DNA from: Fibrobacter succinogenes subsp. succinogenes S85
GTDB taxonomy: Bacteria > Fibrobacterota > Fibrobacteria > Fibrobacterales > Fibrobacteraceae
Reading direction: 5' to 3'
Assembly (NCBI RefSeq): GCF_000146505.1
Contig: NC_017448.1
Location: 1,020,001-1,052,000, forward strand
Length of the DNA stretch: 32,000 nt
Numbering within the stretch: the stretch's first letter is position 1; every line of letters starts with the position of its first letter. Below the pieces are notes generated by a model. It was not told the origin of the DNA, did no database searches, and saw nothing but the letters and a program-made list of their open reading frames with translations. Positions 7,337-15,558 of the stretch are shown here, in pieces. The translations under genes were made by a program, and so were the position numbers.

Positions 7337-8278
7337 ATGAAAATCTGCATCACACTCGCAACTTATAACGGCGAAAAGTATCTCGCACAGATGCTTGATT
7401 CTTTAGTCGCGCAGACGAAACAAGCCGATGTTATAATTGCGGTGGATGACGGTTCCAAAGATTCTACATGTGAAATCTTGGAACGTTACAAAGACAAGCT
7501 CCCGCTAGAAATCACAAAGTTTGAGAAGAACAGAGGTCATCGAGCATCATTTTCAACGGCATTGGAAAAAGCAAGCAAATTACTCGCTGACGATGATTTG
7601 ATTTTCCTTGCTGACCAGGATGATATTTGGCTCCCAAATAAATTGGAAGTGATGAGCCAGAAGATTGATGACAATTCCATGATTTTTGGCGATGCCGAAA
7701 TTATTGATGGAGATGGAGTCGTCACAGATTCATCTTGGCGCAAGAAGGCGTGCATTGTTGAGCACTTGAGCCAACAAGCGCTCCTTACAGGCTACACGAA
7801 TGTTACCGGTTGCATGGTTGCTTTCAAGGCTAGGCTTTTGAAGACGGTACTCCCGATTCCGCAAGACGTGCCAGTACATGACCAGTGGATTACACTTTGC
7901 GCAACCGCAGAAAACGGCTACCGTGCCATCGCAGACAAAGTTATTCAATACCGTATTCATGGCAATAACGCCATCGGCGAAGGCAACAAGACTTGGAGTG
8001 AAAAGTTACAGACGAATTTGCAATGGGCAAAGGCAGTAAGAGGCTCAAGCGTTTTTGAAAAACTGCCGGACGAGAGCCGCCGATTCTTGGACAAGTTCGT
8101 TCAGTTCCTGGAATTGCGCTTTAGCCATGCGTTTTTATCACCGCTTTGGTTTGTGTGGATTGTCCGTAACGCGCGCAACATCTACCCGCAGGTTCACAGC
8201 GCCCCCAAAATGATTGCACGAATTCTGTTCTCGTTCGTGGGCGTCTCGACCGCAAAAAAATTTTTCAATAAGAAATAA
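7337..8278 (+). CDS. family-2 glycosyltransferase, paralogue 3 (hydrophobic C-terminal extension)
   Basis: I chose ATG 7337; the track start 7331 is a TTG. Motifs: MKICITLATYNGEKYLAQMLDSL, VDDGSKDST, ADQDDIW. The C-terminus is hydrophobic (FLSPLWFVWIV...ILFSFVGV). Confidence 0.8.
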   Translation: MKICITLATYNGEKYLAQMLDSLVAQTKQADVIIAVDDGSKDSTCEILERYKDKLPLEITKFEKNRGHRASFSTALEKASKLLADDDLIFLADQDDIWLPNKLEVMSQKIDDNSMIFGDAEIIDGDGVVTDSSWRKKACIVEHLSQQALLTGYTNVTGCMVAFKARLLKTVLPIPQDVPVHDQWITLCATAENGYRAIADKVIQYRIHGNNAIGEGNKTWSEKLQTNLQWAKAVRGSSVFEKLPDESRRFLDKFVQFLELRFSHAFLSPLWFVWIVRNARNIYPQVHSAPKMIARILFSFVGVSTAKKFFNKK

Positions 8279-8285
8279 AAATCCT

Positions 8286-9116
8286 ATGATTCACGAAATC
8301 GCTCCGCACAAGTTAGATAACGAATTTAAAGACATCACCCCCAAGCCCACTGACTACTTGATTATTTTCAATGGCGAACAAACGCTTTTCAAGAAGGCTG
8401 GCGACAACTACGAAATTCCGCGTGTGAGCGAATTCCCGCAATGCGAATGCCATTACTTGATTAGCATTGATAGTGACGCTTATTTCTTGTGCAATTCGAA
8501 CTTGCCGGAAATTCCGGAAGGTTACGAATTCCGTGGCAATCGCACGTTCCGCACACTTGAAAGTCACTTGGAACGCCTCGGCGGCGCTACGTCTGCACAC
8601 ATTGCCAAGTGGGAAAGCTTGAACAAGTTCTGCGGTAAATGCGGATGTCTCATGATGCGAGGGCTCAAGGAACGTTCCATGATTTGCCCCAGCTGCAAGA
8701 ACACGGTCTACCCCAAGATTTCGCCGGTCGTGATTGTCGCTGTTCACAATGGCAACGAGCTTTTAATGGCTCGCAATTTGGACAATCCGGACAAGACGCG
8801 CATGTTCCTGATTTCTGGATTCGTAGAAATCGGAGAATCGCTCGAACAGGCGGTCAAGCGTGAAGTTCTGGAAGAAGCGGGAGTCCGCGTCAAGAACATC
8901 AAGTACTTTGGCAGCCAGCCGTGGCCGTTCTCGGAATCGCTCATCTCGGGCTACACTGCAGAACTTGATGGAGATCCGACGATTCACATGCAAGAAGCGG
9001 AACTCGCCTGCGCCACTTGGGTCAAACGCGAGGACATTCCCGAATACGACACGAGCGTGAGCATCAGCAGTTGCTTGATCGAAAACTTCCGCTCGGGATA
9101 TACGATTAAGGAATAA
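8286..9116 (+). CDS. nudC: NAD(H) pyrophosphatase / NAD-cap decapping Nudix hydrolase
   Basis: ATG 8286 lies 7 nt after the upstream stop; the track start 8214 overlaps the previous gene. Zinc ribbon: CGKCG...CPSCK. Nudix box: GFVEIGESLEQAVKREVLEEAGV. NudC-specific signature: SQPWPFSES. Confidence 0.85.
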   Translation: MIHEIAPHKLDNEFKDITPKPTDYLIIFNGEQTLFKKAGDNYEIPRVSEFPQCECHYLISIDSDAYFLCNSNLPEIPEGYEFRGNRTFRTLESHLERLGGATSAHIAKWESLNKFCGKCGCLMMRGLKERSMICPSCKNTVYPKISPVVIVAVHNGNELLMARNLDNPDKTRMFLISGFVEIGESLEQAVKREVLEEAGVRVKNIKYFGSQPWPFSESLISGYTAELDGDPTIHMQEAELACATWVKREDIPEYDTSVSISSCLIENFRSGYTIKE

Positions 9117-9117
9117 T

Positions 9118-9149
9118 GAAAAGCGCGGCCGAGAAGCCGCGCATTTTTT
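9118..9149. terminator. bidirectional rho-independent terminator between nudC and the convergent gene
   Basis: Stem gcgcggc (9123-9129), loop cgagaa, stem gccgcgc (9136-9142). An A-run lies upstream and T6 (9144-9149) downstream. Confidence 0.7.
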
Positions 9150-9152
9150 CAG

Positions 9153-9779
9153 TTACTTTTCCGAAGCTTTTTCGGCTTTCTTTTTCGCTTTGTTCGGAGA
9201 AGCTTTGGACGCTGCTTCAGGCTTGTTTGCAAGTACGACATATAACGTATCGTGAACAACGACCGTATCACGTACGACAAGCGTATCGTGGACAAAGACC
9301 GTATCGCGAGAGCAAACAACATTTGCAGCACTGCTTGCGGGAACTGCCGCAGACAAAATCGGCTTTGACGCACTCGAGCCTGCCGTATTCAGCAAAACAC
9401 TAGAGCTAGACTGCGCAGCGCTCGAAAGAGCGGCACTTGATTGCGCGACGTTCACCCCAGACGGCATTTTTTCAATCACTGTAATCAGCGAATCACGTAC
9501 ATTACGGAGGCTATCCAACTGCTTGCGGTAGCGCGTCTTATTGCCCGGACGGCGTTCTCTAGAATACTGAACTTCAATCTTATCGATTTGCGTTTCGACG
9601 CCCTTAAGTTCATCAAATATAGGACCTTCGCCTTGCACAGAACCACTCGGCGTAAAGAAGTTTACGAAACTATCAAAAAAGCCGCGTTTTGAACCGCCCT
9701 CGCTCCATGCAATGTTCGTCGAAACAAGACAAACGAGCGCCACTACGCCACAAACAGATTTAAACTTGAGATTTTGCAT
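9153..9779 (-). CDS. secreted protein with Ser/Ala-rich linker, four hexapeptide repeats and Lys-rich tail, function unknown
   Basis: Signal peptide MQNLKFKSVCGVVALVCLVSTNIAWS. Then a charged helical segment, a Ser/Ala low-complexity region, the repeats CSRDTV-FVHDTL-VVRDTV-VVHDTL, and a KAKKKAEKASEK tail. Confidence 0.7.
   Translation of the reverse strand: MQNLKFKSVCGVVALVCLVSTNIAWSEGGSKRGFFDSFVNFFTPSGSVQGEGPIFDELKGVETQIDKIEVQYSRERRPGNKTRYRKQLDSLRNVRDSLITVIEKMPSGVNVAQSSAALSSAAQSSSSVLLNTAGSSASKPILSAAVPASSAANVVCSRDTVFVHDTLVVRDTVVVHDTLYVVLANKPEAASKASPNKAKKKAEKASEK
9246..9317 (-). repeat. 4 x 18-bp tandem repeat inside the CDS (encodes x-V-[HR]-D-T-[VL] hexapeptides)
   Basis: Plus-strand units: cgtatcgtgaacaacgac (9246), cgtatcacgtacgacaag (9264), cgtatcgtggacaaagac (9282), cgtatcgcgagagcaaac (9300). 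Confidence 0.85.
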
Positions 9780-9850
9780 ATTTCAATAATAGAAAAAAAG
9801 AAGGCATACCTTTACAAGCCCCCTAATTTTACTAAATTAAGACTACCCAT

Positions 9851-9923
9851 GCGGGAGTAGCTCAGTTGGTAGAGCGCGACCTTCCCAAGGTCGATGTCGA
9901 GGGTTCGAGACCCTTTTCCCGCT
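9851..9923 (+). tRNA. tRNA-Gly (anticodon CCC)
   Basis: I folded a 73-nt cloverleaf by hand. Acceptor gcgggag/ttcccgc, D arm gctc-agttggta-gagc, anticodon arm cgacc-ttCCCaa-ggtcg, variable atgtc, T arm gaggg-ttcgaga-ccctt, discriminator U. The 3' CCA is not encoded. Confidence 0.9.
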
Positions 9924-9931
9924 CTAAGTTA

Positions 9932-9961
9932 AGAAACCACCTATTCGGTGGTTTCTTTTTT
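9932..9961. terminator. rho-independent terminator after the tRNA (shared with the convergent gene's end)
   Basis: Stem agaaaccacc (9932-9941), loop tattc, stem ggtggtttct (9947-9956), then a T-run to 9961. It overlaps the stop codon of the minus-strand ORF ending at 9960. Confidence 0.7.
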
Positions 9962-10754
9962 ATTCCCAATACATAGGAACTCCAAAATTCACATTCCACC
10001 CGTACCGCCATTTGATTTCTTTCATAATTTTTTCGAATTCCGGGCGAAACATTCCGTGGAACCGCTCATAGGGCAAAACAAACTCGACATTGCCGCAAGC
10101 ACCGCAATTAACCGCATACGTGTGCCACAAGAAAACAATCCCATCCGCAGAAGGATACACGCGATCAATTTCTTCAATGGTCCAACGCACACCACAATCA
10201 CGCTGATTGCTCGGTTCCACTCTCGCAAGATAACTAAGATACTCAATCATTTCCGCACGAGTGGTCGTAAAAATATCCTCATACGTTAAGGGTTTTGCAT
10301 GCCCTTTCAAAAGGACATAGACCGGATGATCAAACCATCCATGCGCAGCCCCGAAATTATACCCATTCGTTTGCACTTCATACGTTATCGTACTTGGCGT
10401 CTGCGATTTATATATAACCCAAATAGAATCATAACCGCCACTGAAGTCCTCTATCTCCCAAAAATCAAAGTCTTCCCGCAGCATTGCATACTTTACATTG
10501 CATTTATCAAAGCACCCTGCAATAGGATTCTCCCCTACCCCAATTTTACCATTACAATACAAGGTGGAATCCATCCATTCCTTTAGCGGTTCCACAACAC
10601 TAGAATCACCAACAGGATAATCGACATTTATATAAGAGTCATAATAATTGCAGCTACTCTGCGCTTCATAAGTCTGCACAGCCACGTTCGCAGCCAAAGC
10701 GGCCGACACCGCTAAAAAACAAATAGCAACAACACAAGAAAGGCGAATACGCAT
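9960..10754 (-). CDS. secreted DUF3298/RsiV-PdaC-like domain protein
   Basis: Signal peptide MRIRLSCVVAICFLAVSAALA. GGAGG lies 8-9 nt upstream of the ATG. The motifs FGAAHG and DGIVFLWHTYAVNCGACGNVEFVLPYERF resemble the DUF3298 pattern (GGAHG ... Y..apya.G...f.iPy). The family call is from memory. Confidence 0.5.
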   Translation of the reverse strand: MRIRLSCVVAICFLAVSAALAANVAVQTYEAQSSCNYYDSYINVDYPVGDSSVVEPLKEWMDSTLYCNGKIGVGENPIAGCFDKCNVKYAMLREDFDFWEIEDFSGGYDSIWVIYKSQTPSTITYEVQTNGYNFGAAHGWFDHPVYVLLKGHAKPLTYEDIFTTTRAEMIEYLSYLARVEPSNQRDCGVRWTIEEIDRVYPSADGIVFLWHTYAVNCGACGNVEFVLPYERFHGMFRPEFEKIMKEIKWRYGWNVNFGVPMYWE

Positions 10755-10829
10755 TTTTCCGGTCCTCCAATTGTATTATCGTTCATCTAGTGGAAAAGGT
10801 AAACTAGAAAATAAAAAAAATTTCAAGAA

Positions 10830-11798
10830 TTACGGTTCCAGATAATAATCCGGACGGATTCCGAGAGCGGATTCGTCAGCCTCCAATTCTGCAGCGGGAA
10901 CATTTCGACCGACAACAAGCGCGGAATCAAAGCCTGCAACTTTTGCGCCAAATACATCCGTTCCAAGCGTATCGCCAATCATCAGCACGCGAGAGCCCGA
11001 CGGAAGCGAAGCTTTGACACGTTCCCAAATCTGCGGGAAAGGCTTGCCCAAGTAATAAGTTTTGCAGCCCTCACCCCCATTGGCGTCGCAGATAGAATCA
11101 CGGCGCAAACGTTCCGAGAGAGCACCTGAAACAGATTCACGAACAGTCACGCCATTTTCATCTGGAATTTTTGGAGCCCAAGCATCCGAATTCAGCACGA
11201 GAAGGATTGCACCCGGACGTTGCAAAATCTTGACCGCGCGCGCATAAGTTTCTGGAGTATCCTTCGCCGAAGAAATCGCGACAATCGGCTCGGCAGGTTC
11301 TGCATCCATCGCAACTGCGGTAATTCCACAAGCTTTCAAAACATTCCTGCCCGTTTCACGACCGATGTAATAGACCTCGCGCAATTCAAGCGGCTTCGCA
11401 GCGTTTCCATCCGCGCATTCAACGCGACGCAGGCGCTCCACGAGCTTTCGCAATAGACATCCCGACGAAATAGTCTCTTCCGTCGAGAAATCAAAACCAC
11501 GCTTGTCCGCATCACGTGCCAAAACTTCATCAATATCCGAGGCTGCGTTCGTCACCAATCGGAGATGTTTCCCTACTCGGCGGAGCATCTGGAACCAGTC
11601 CATCGCACCAGGGTAAACAAAGCTCCCACGATTGTAGAGAGTGCCGTAGCCGTCAAAGCAAAAAGCATCGTAACGGTCCAACAAATCCGCCATATGAACA
11701 TGGCGCGTCTCGGGCATACACTCTTTTGGGGCGAGAGCGACCGAACTCTGTATAATTTGCTTGTAACGCAGGTAGATTTCTGTTTCGAATTTATCCAT
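10830..11798 (-). CDS. HAD-superfamily subfamily IIA hydrolase (hyp4-like)
   Basis: Motif I is FCFDGYGTLYNRG, where the second Asp of DxD is replaced by an aromatic residue, as in the D-x-W/Y-G-V subgroup. A cap domain follows, and motif IV is MIGDTLGTDVFGA. Confidence 0.7.
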   Translation of the reverse strand: MDKFETEIYLRYKQIIQSSVALAPKECMPETRHVHMADLLDRYDAFCFDGYGTLYNRGSFVYPGAMDWFQMLRRVGKHLRLVTNAASDIDEVLARDADKRGFDFSTEETISSGCLLRKLVERLRRVECADGNAAKPLELREVYYIGRETGRNVLKACGITAVAMDAEPAEPIVAISSAKDTPETYARAVKILQRPGAILLVLNSDAWAPKIPDENGVTVRESVSGALSERLRRDSICDANGGEGCKTYYLGKPFPQIWERVKASLPSGSRVLMIGDTLGTDVFGAKVAGFDSALVVGRNVPAAELEADESALGIRPDYYLEP

Positions 11799-11803
11799 AG
11801 CGA

Positions 11804-12448
11804 TTATGCGTCGCTACGGAGGATGCCGTAATCGCGACCTTCCACAGGAATCACGAGCTGTAACTTCGAAAGCGTATCAATATGCTTTTCAAAAACAACC
11901 TTGAAATCTTCGCCAAGTTCTTCTTCGTCATCGTGATCGAGATTGTAGGCCACATAGCTGCCATCCGCAAAAATCGAGATGCAGCAATCCCATGTGATAT
12001 CGCCTTCCTGCGGTTCTTCATCATCAGCGCGGTCCTTGCTTTCAAGCATCAGAATCGGGCGCGGAGCAGGAATTGGTTCGGCATGGCCGTTTTCAAAAAT
12101 AAAGTAATTGCGGCTCACGAGTTCATGTTCAAGAGCCATCGTGCTCGGCACACGAGCAAATTCACCACGCAAACGGTTGATGTTTCCAAGGTCATCTTCG
12201 TACGGGTCCTGGAAATCTTCGGGCAACACAATCTGGTAGTAGTCAAACTTTTTACCGCTAGCGGCATAGTTGTCTTGCCAGGACTGAGGCGGTTCCGGGC
12301 GGATCGTCAAGAAGTCTTCGAAGGCATCCAGAATATCGTTCAAACGGGAAGTCCAAGGTTCGTCCTTCAACTTCTGCACGAGTTCCATAAAACTGCTCAG
12401 GCTTTCTTCGCCCGTAATAGACTTCAATTCTTCTTCGTTTTCTGCCAT
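11804..12448 (-). CDS. acidic cytoplasmic protein, function unknown
   Basis: 214-aa ORF with no signal peptide and acidic runs (DRADDEEPQEGD, DHDDEEELGED). It ends 5 nt before the HAD gene start. I recognised no family. Confidence 0.55.
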   Translation of the reverse strand: MAENEEELKSITGEESLSSFMELVQKLKDEPWTSRLNDILDAFEDFLTIRPEPPQSWQDNYAASGKKFDYYQIVLPEDFQDPYEDDLGNINRLRGEFARVPSTMALEHELVSRNYFIFENGHAEPIPAPRPILMLESKDRADDEEPQEGDITWDCCISIFADGSYVAYNLDHDDEEELGEDFKVVFEKHIDTLSKLQLVIPVEGRDYGILRSDA

Positions 12449-12561
12449 ATCAGACCTCTAATTTTTACTGTACAAATGTAGAAAAAGAGAAATTCCGCGA
12501 CCCTCGCCACAGCATTTACTTTCGTCTCACGTCTACCAGCGAAGCGGGCTTTCGTCTAATC

Positions 12562-13470
12562 TTACCATTCTTCCACAGTTTTCACCGTGAGGCTCATGGC
12601 AATGTCTTTCTCGTAGTACGCGGGTTCGTTGATAAATATCGGGTAGACCGAGCGGCCGTCCGGTTCGCCATCGAACAAGATGTCCTTGCCATCAAACGTG
12701 CGGAAAAGCTTGTCGCCTTGTCTGAGTTCGCGGTAATCGTGACCATCCAATTCCGGGTGAATCATCGCCTGTATGGCGCCACCGCCCTGCGGCTTCGGGT
12801 AGCCCAGGTCGCGCAATTGCGTATAAACTTCAACCTTAATCGGGGCGCGCTTTTGCAACTCGCCACGGTTCCATTCCTCAGCGAGTTCCAAATAACGTTT
12901 CACAAGCTTTTCGGAGCGTTCAAAAATGGCGGCATTCAGCGTTCCATGCTGCTGCGGGCCAATTTCAATGCACACGTCCGCCTTGGCGACCGTTCCAAAG
13001 TACGGCGAAGCGCTACGTTCTTCGGGCTGGTAATAAATCCAGGCATCCTCGAATTCTTGCGTGAGCACAGCCGAAGCCTTCATCGTAAACGGGTCACGAG
13101 TCGAAAGAATCAGGCAATAGCCCATGTTCGAGCCCGTGTTGTGTACGTCCAAAATCAGATCGGTGCGCGTATTTTCGCCCTTAGGTCCATAAATCTTATT
13201 GAGTTCACGAGCACGGCGGAATTCGTACTGCGCAGGCTCCACGGACATATCCAAGCAAGTCTGAGCAAATGCGCGGTTCAAGTCATGGTCGCAGTAACGG
13301 CGATTAAGGCGAACCGCCTCCGGATTTGCAAGCACGACATCAACCGTCGCCGATTTACAAAGCGTGTTATAACATTCAGGATGAGCCTTCCACTTTTCGA
13401 CCAGACTCACGCCCGTGCGTTCGTTGCCATGCGTTCCACCAGCAATGACTATTGTATTTATCATACTCAT
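12562..13470 (-). CDS. aspartoacylase / succinylglutamate desuccinylase (AstE-AspA) family zinc hydrolase
   Basis: The N-terminus IVIAGGTHGNERTGVSLVEKWK contains the zinc-binding HxxE motif, as in aspartoacylases. The length is about 300 aa. Confidence 0.75.
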   Translation of the reverse strand: MSMINTIVIAGGTHGNERTGVSLVEKWKAHPECYNTLCKSATVDVVLANPEAVRLNRRYCDHDLNRAFAQTCLDMSVEPAQYEFRRARELNKIYGPKGENTRTDLILDVHNTGSNMGYCLILSTRDPFTMKASAVLTQEFEDAWIYYQPEERSASPYFGTVAKADVCIEIGPQQHGTLNAAIFERSEKLVKRYLELAEEWNRGELQKRAPIKVEVYTQLRDLGYPKPQGGGAIQAMIHPELDGHDYRELRQGDKLFRTFDGKDILFDGEPDGRSVYPIFINEPAYYEKDIAMSLTVKTVEEW

Positions 13471-13524
13471 ACATCCATATTATAGAAATTCTAAAGTTCA
13501 TCCACGACAAGTCGTAGCCAATAC

Positions 13525-15558
13525 ATGCGCATAATCCGCAAAAAAAGCCCCTATATCGTTTCATCTCTTTTGAACATTGCTTTTTTTACTATTTTCTCTA
13601 ACATGATTCAGAATTTTTTAAACAAAATAAAAGATCTTTTAGCGCCTTACAAAAACATCGCTTATATTTCGCTTGCCGTTTGGTGTACTCATATTGTTCT
13701 TCGCATATTATTGTTATTCCGCAACAATCCCTACGGTTTTCCATTCGTTTCAAAGCCCGACTGGTATATTTTCCATGCAATCACCTTAGACTTTCTTTGG
13801 ATTTGCAATTCACTCGTCGTCTTCATGATTATCGGCGCAGCATTCCAAGCAGCGACCAAGAAACGAGTCACAGCCGCAAAAACTTTGACCATCATATACG
13901 CAGTATTCCATTCTATTCTTTTGATAGCTACCATTTTTGACCATGAACTGATGCGATTCCTCGGTTGCCATCTGTCTTTCGGACTGGCGAACACCTACAA
14001 AGACGTTTCATCATTCCGCATGTTCTGGGACTATTCAGCCAATGACAATTCAATTCCATTTATTCAATTTTTCATGTTCGCGCTTGTCATTCCCATAACG
14101 TATTTCCTATACAAACTATATTTGCGCAAATTCACTTCGGTAAAAAAATTTTCCATTTTCATGGTCATCTTTTATGTCATTTCATATTTATTCATAAATG
14201 TTATCTGGACAGGACACGGACGACTGAAAAAATTACGTCCTGTAGTCAGCACGGTTTACCGCGAACTCTTTGAAATCCAAAAGAAAACTGAATTTTCCGA
14301 CGGCGAGCTCCTCGCCTACGGAAAAATGTACCAAGAACTTTGGCAACGCCTCGAAGGCGACAGCCTTTGGGAATTTTCATCTGCAAAGGAAAGCAACGGA
14401 CTCCCTCTCTACCGCATTCCAAAGCAGGAACTTCTGCAAAGCGAACAATTAAAGCAGCAACGATCACTCAAGCCAAACTTTATCTTGATTCTCATGGAAT
14501 CCGAGCGCGGTTTGAACGTCGGTTGCCTCAATCCGAATTTAAAGCCTTCGCCCACGCCATTCATCGATTCCATTGCCGCCAATTCGCGTCTTTGGGAACG
14601 CATGCACACAAGCGGGCTACCGACAACGGGAGGAGTCCTTACGACACACCTCGGCATTTCGGACCATTCCACACTTTCGGCGGCAACAGATCTCGTACAA
14701 CAAAATCTTCCGAGTTTTGCATCAACGCTTACGGATTCCGGTTACACTACGCATTACATGTCGGCGGCGGACCCGGCCTGGGACAATCTCGGCGTATGGA
14801 TGTCCAAATGGTACACAGCGCAACATTACGACCGCAGTCGCGAAGACGATTCTACGTTCATTGACCACGCCATCAGTTTCATCAGGGATACGCTCGGCTC
14901 ACAAGAAAAACCGTTCCTCGCAACGCTCATGACGCGTTCAAACCATTACCCGTTCAACTTTGCCGCAGGCATGACCGAAGAACAAAAGCAAAAACCGCTA
15001 ACGGAACGCATCAATTACACCATGGCTTACGCGGACAGGCAAGTATCAAGACTGATTCACGCCATCGAAAACAAGGACTGGTATCAAAATACATACGTCA
15101 TCATCATGGCGGATCACGGATTCCCGCTTGGAGAAAACGGTTCCTCGACAATGACTGGCTACGCATTTTCAAACGCCACCTGGATTCCGTTCCTCATCCA
15201 CGGTAAAGGCATTGAACCTGCACGCGATACCGCAACGGCTTCGCAAATGGATATCGCCCCCACGATTCTTGAGCTTGCCGGTATCGCAGTCCCGAACATT
15301 TTCATGGGCCACAACCTTCTGAGAGGTCACGGCGAGGGCTATTCGCTAGGGGCCTACACGGGAGTCAAAGCTATAGGTCTTGACAGTTACCGTCTCATTT
15401 CAAAGCCATCTACAGAAGAAAAATGGCTGTTTGCCGAAGGCGACACGCGCCAAGACAAAGAAGTTTCAAAAGAGCATGAGGATGTGGTCAAGCGCCTCCG
15501 CGGAAAACTGGACTCGCTCGTAAAACTAGCCGACTATTCGCTAGAGAAGGGACTTTAA
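13525..15558 (+). CDS. LtaS/OpgB-type membrane phosphotransferase (sulfatase-fold), paralogue 1
   Basis: Start at ATG 13525, with an alternative ATG at 13603. About 5 N-terminal hydrophobic helices precede an ectodomain with ILILMESERG (metal Glu), GLPTTGG (nucleophile Thr) and IIMADHGFPLGENG (Asp-His). There is no C/S-x-P-x-R sulfatase motif. Confidence 0.8.
   Translation: MRIIRKKSPYIVSSLLNIAFFTIFSNMIQNFLNKIKDLLAPYKNIAYISLAVWCTHIVLRILLLFRNNPYGFPFVSKPDWYIFHAITLDFLWICNSLVVFMIIGAAFQAATKKRVTAAKTLTIIYAVFHSILLIATIFDHELMRFLGCHLSFGLANTYKDVSSFRMFWDYSANDNSIPFIQFFMFALVIPITYFLYKLYLRKFTSVKKFSIFMVIFYVISYLFINVIWTGHGRLKKLRPVVSTVYRELFEIQKKTEFSDGELLAYGKMYQELWQRLEGDSLWEFSSAKESNGLPLYRIPKQELLQSEQLKQQRSLKPNFILILMESERGLNVGCLNPNLKPSPTPFIDSIAANSRLWERMHTSGLPTTGGVLTTHLGISDHSTLSAATDLVQQNLPSFASTLTDSGYTTHYMSAADPAWDNLGVWMSKWYTAQHYDRSREDDSTFIDHAISFIRDTLGSQEKPFLATLMTRSNHYPFNFAAGMTEEQKQKPLTERINYTMAYADRQVSRLIHAIENKDWYQNTYVIIMADHGFPLGENGSSTMTGYAFSNATWIPFLIHGKGIEPARDTATASQMDIAPTILELAGIAVPNIFMGHNLLRGHGEGYSLGAYTGVKAIGLDSYRLISKPSTEEKWLFAEGDTRQDKEVSKEHEDVVKRLRGKLDSLVKLADYSLEKGL

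Noticed and set aside
9116-9403. Plus- and minus-strand short ORFs (9116-9403, 9149-9373, 9441-9692) overlapping the secreted repeat-protein gene
   Set aside because: The 208-aa frame has a signal peptide and a coherent domain layout. The alternatives lack start context and are repeat-driven.
9851-9961. tRNA-Gly as the integration site of a genomic island
   Set aside because: There is no integrase, no duplicated tRNA 3' fragment and no mobility genes on either side. The tRNA is simply bracketed by terminators.
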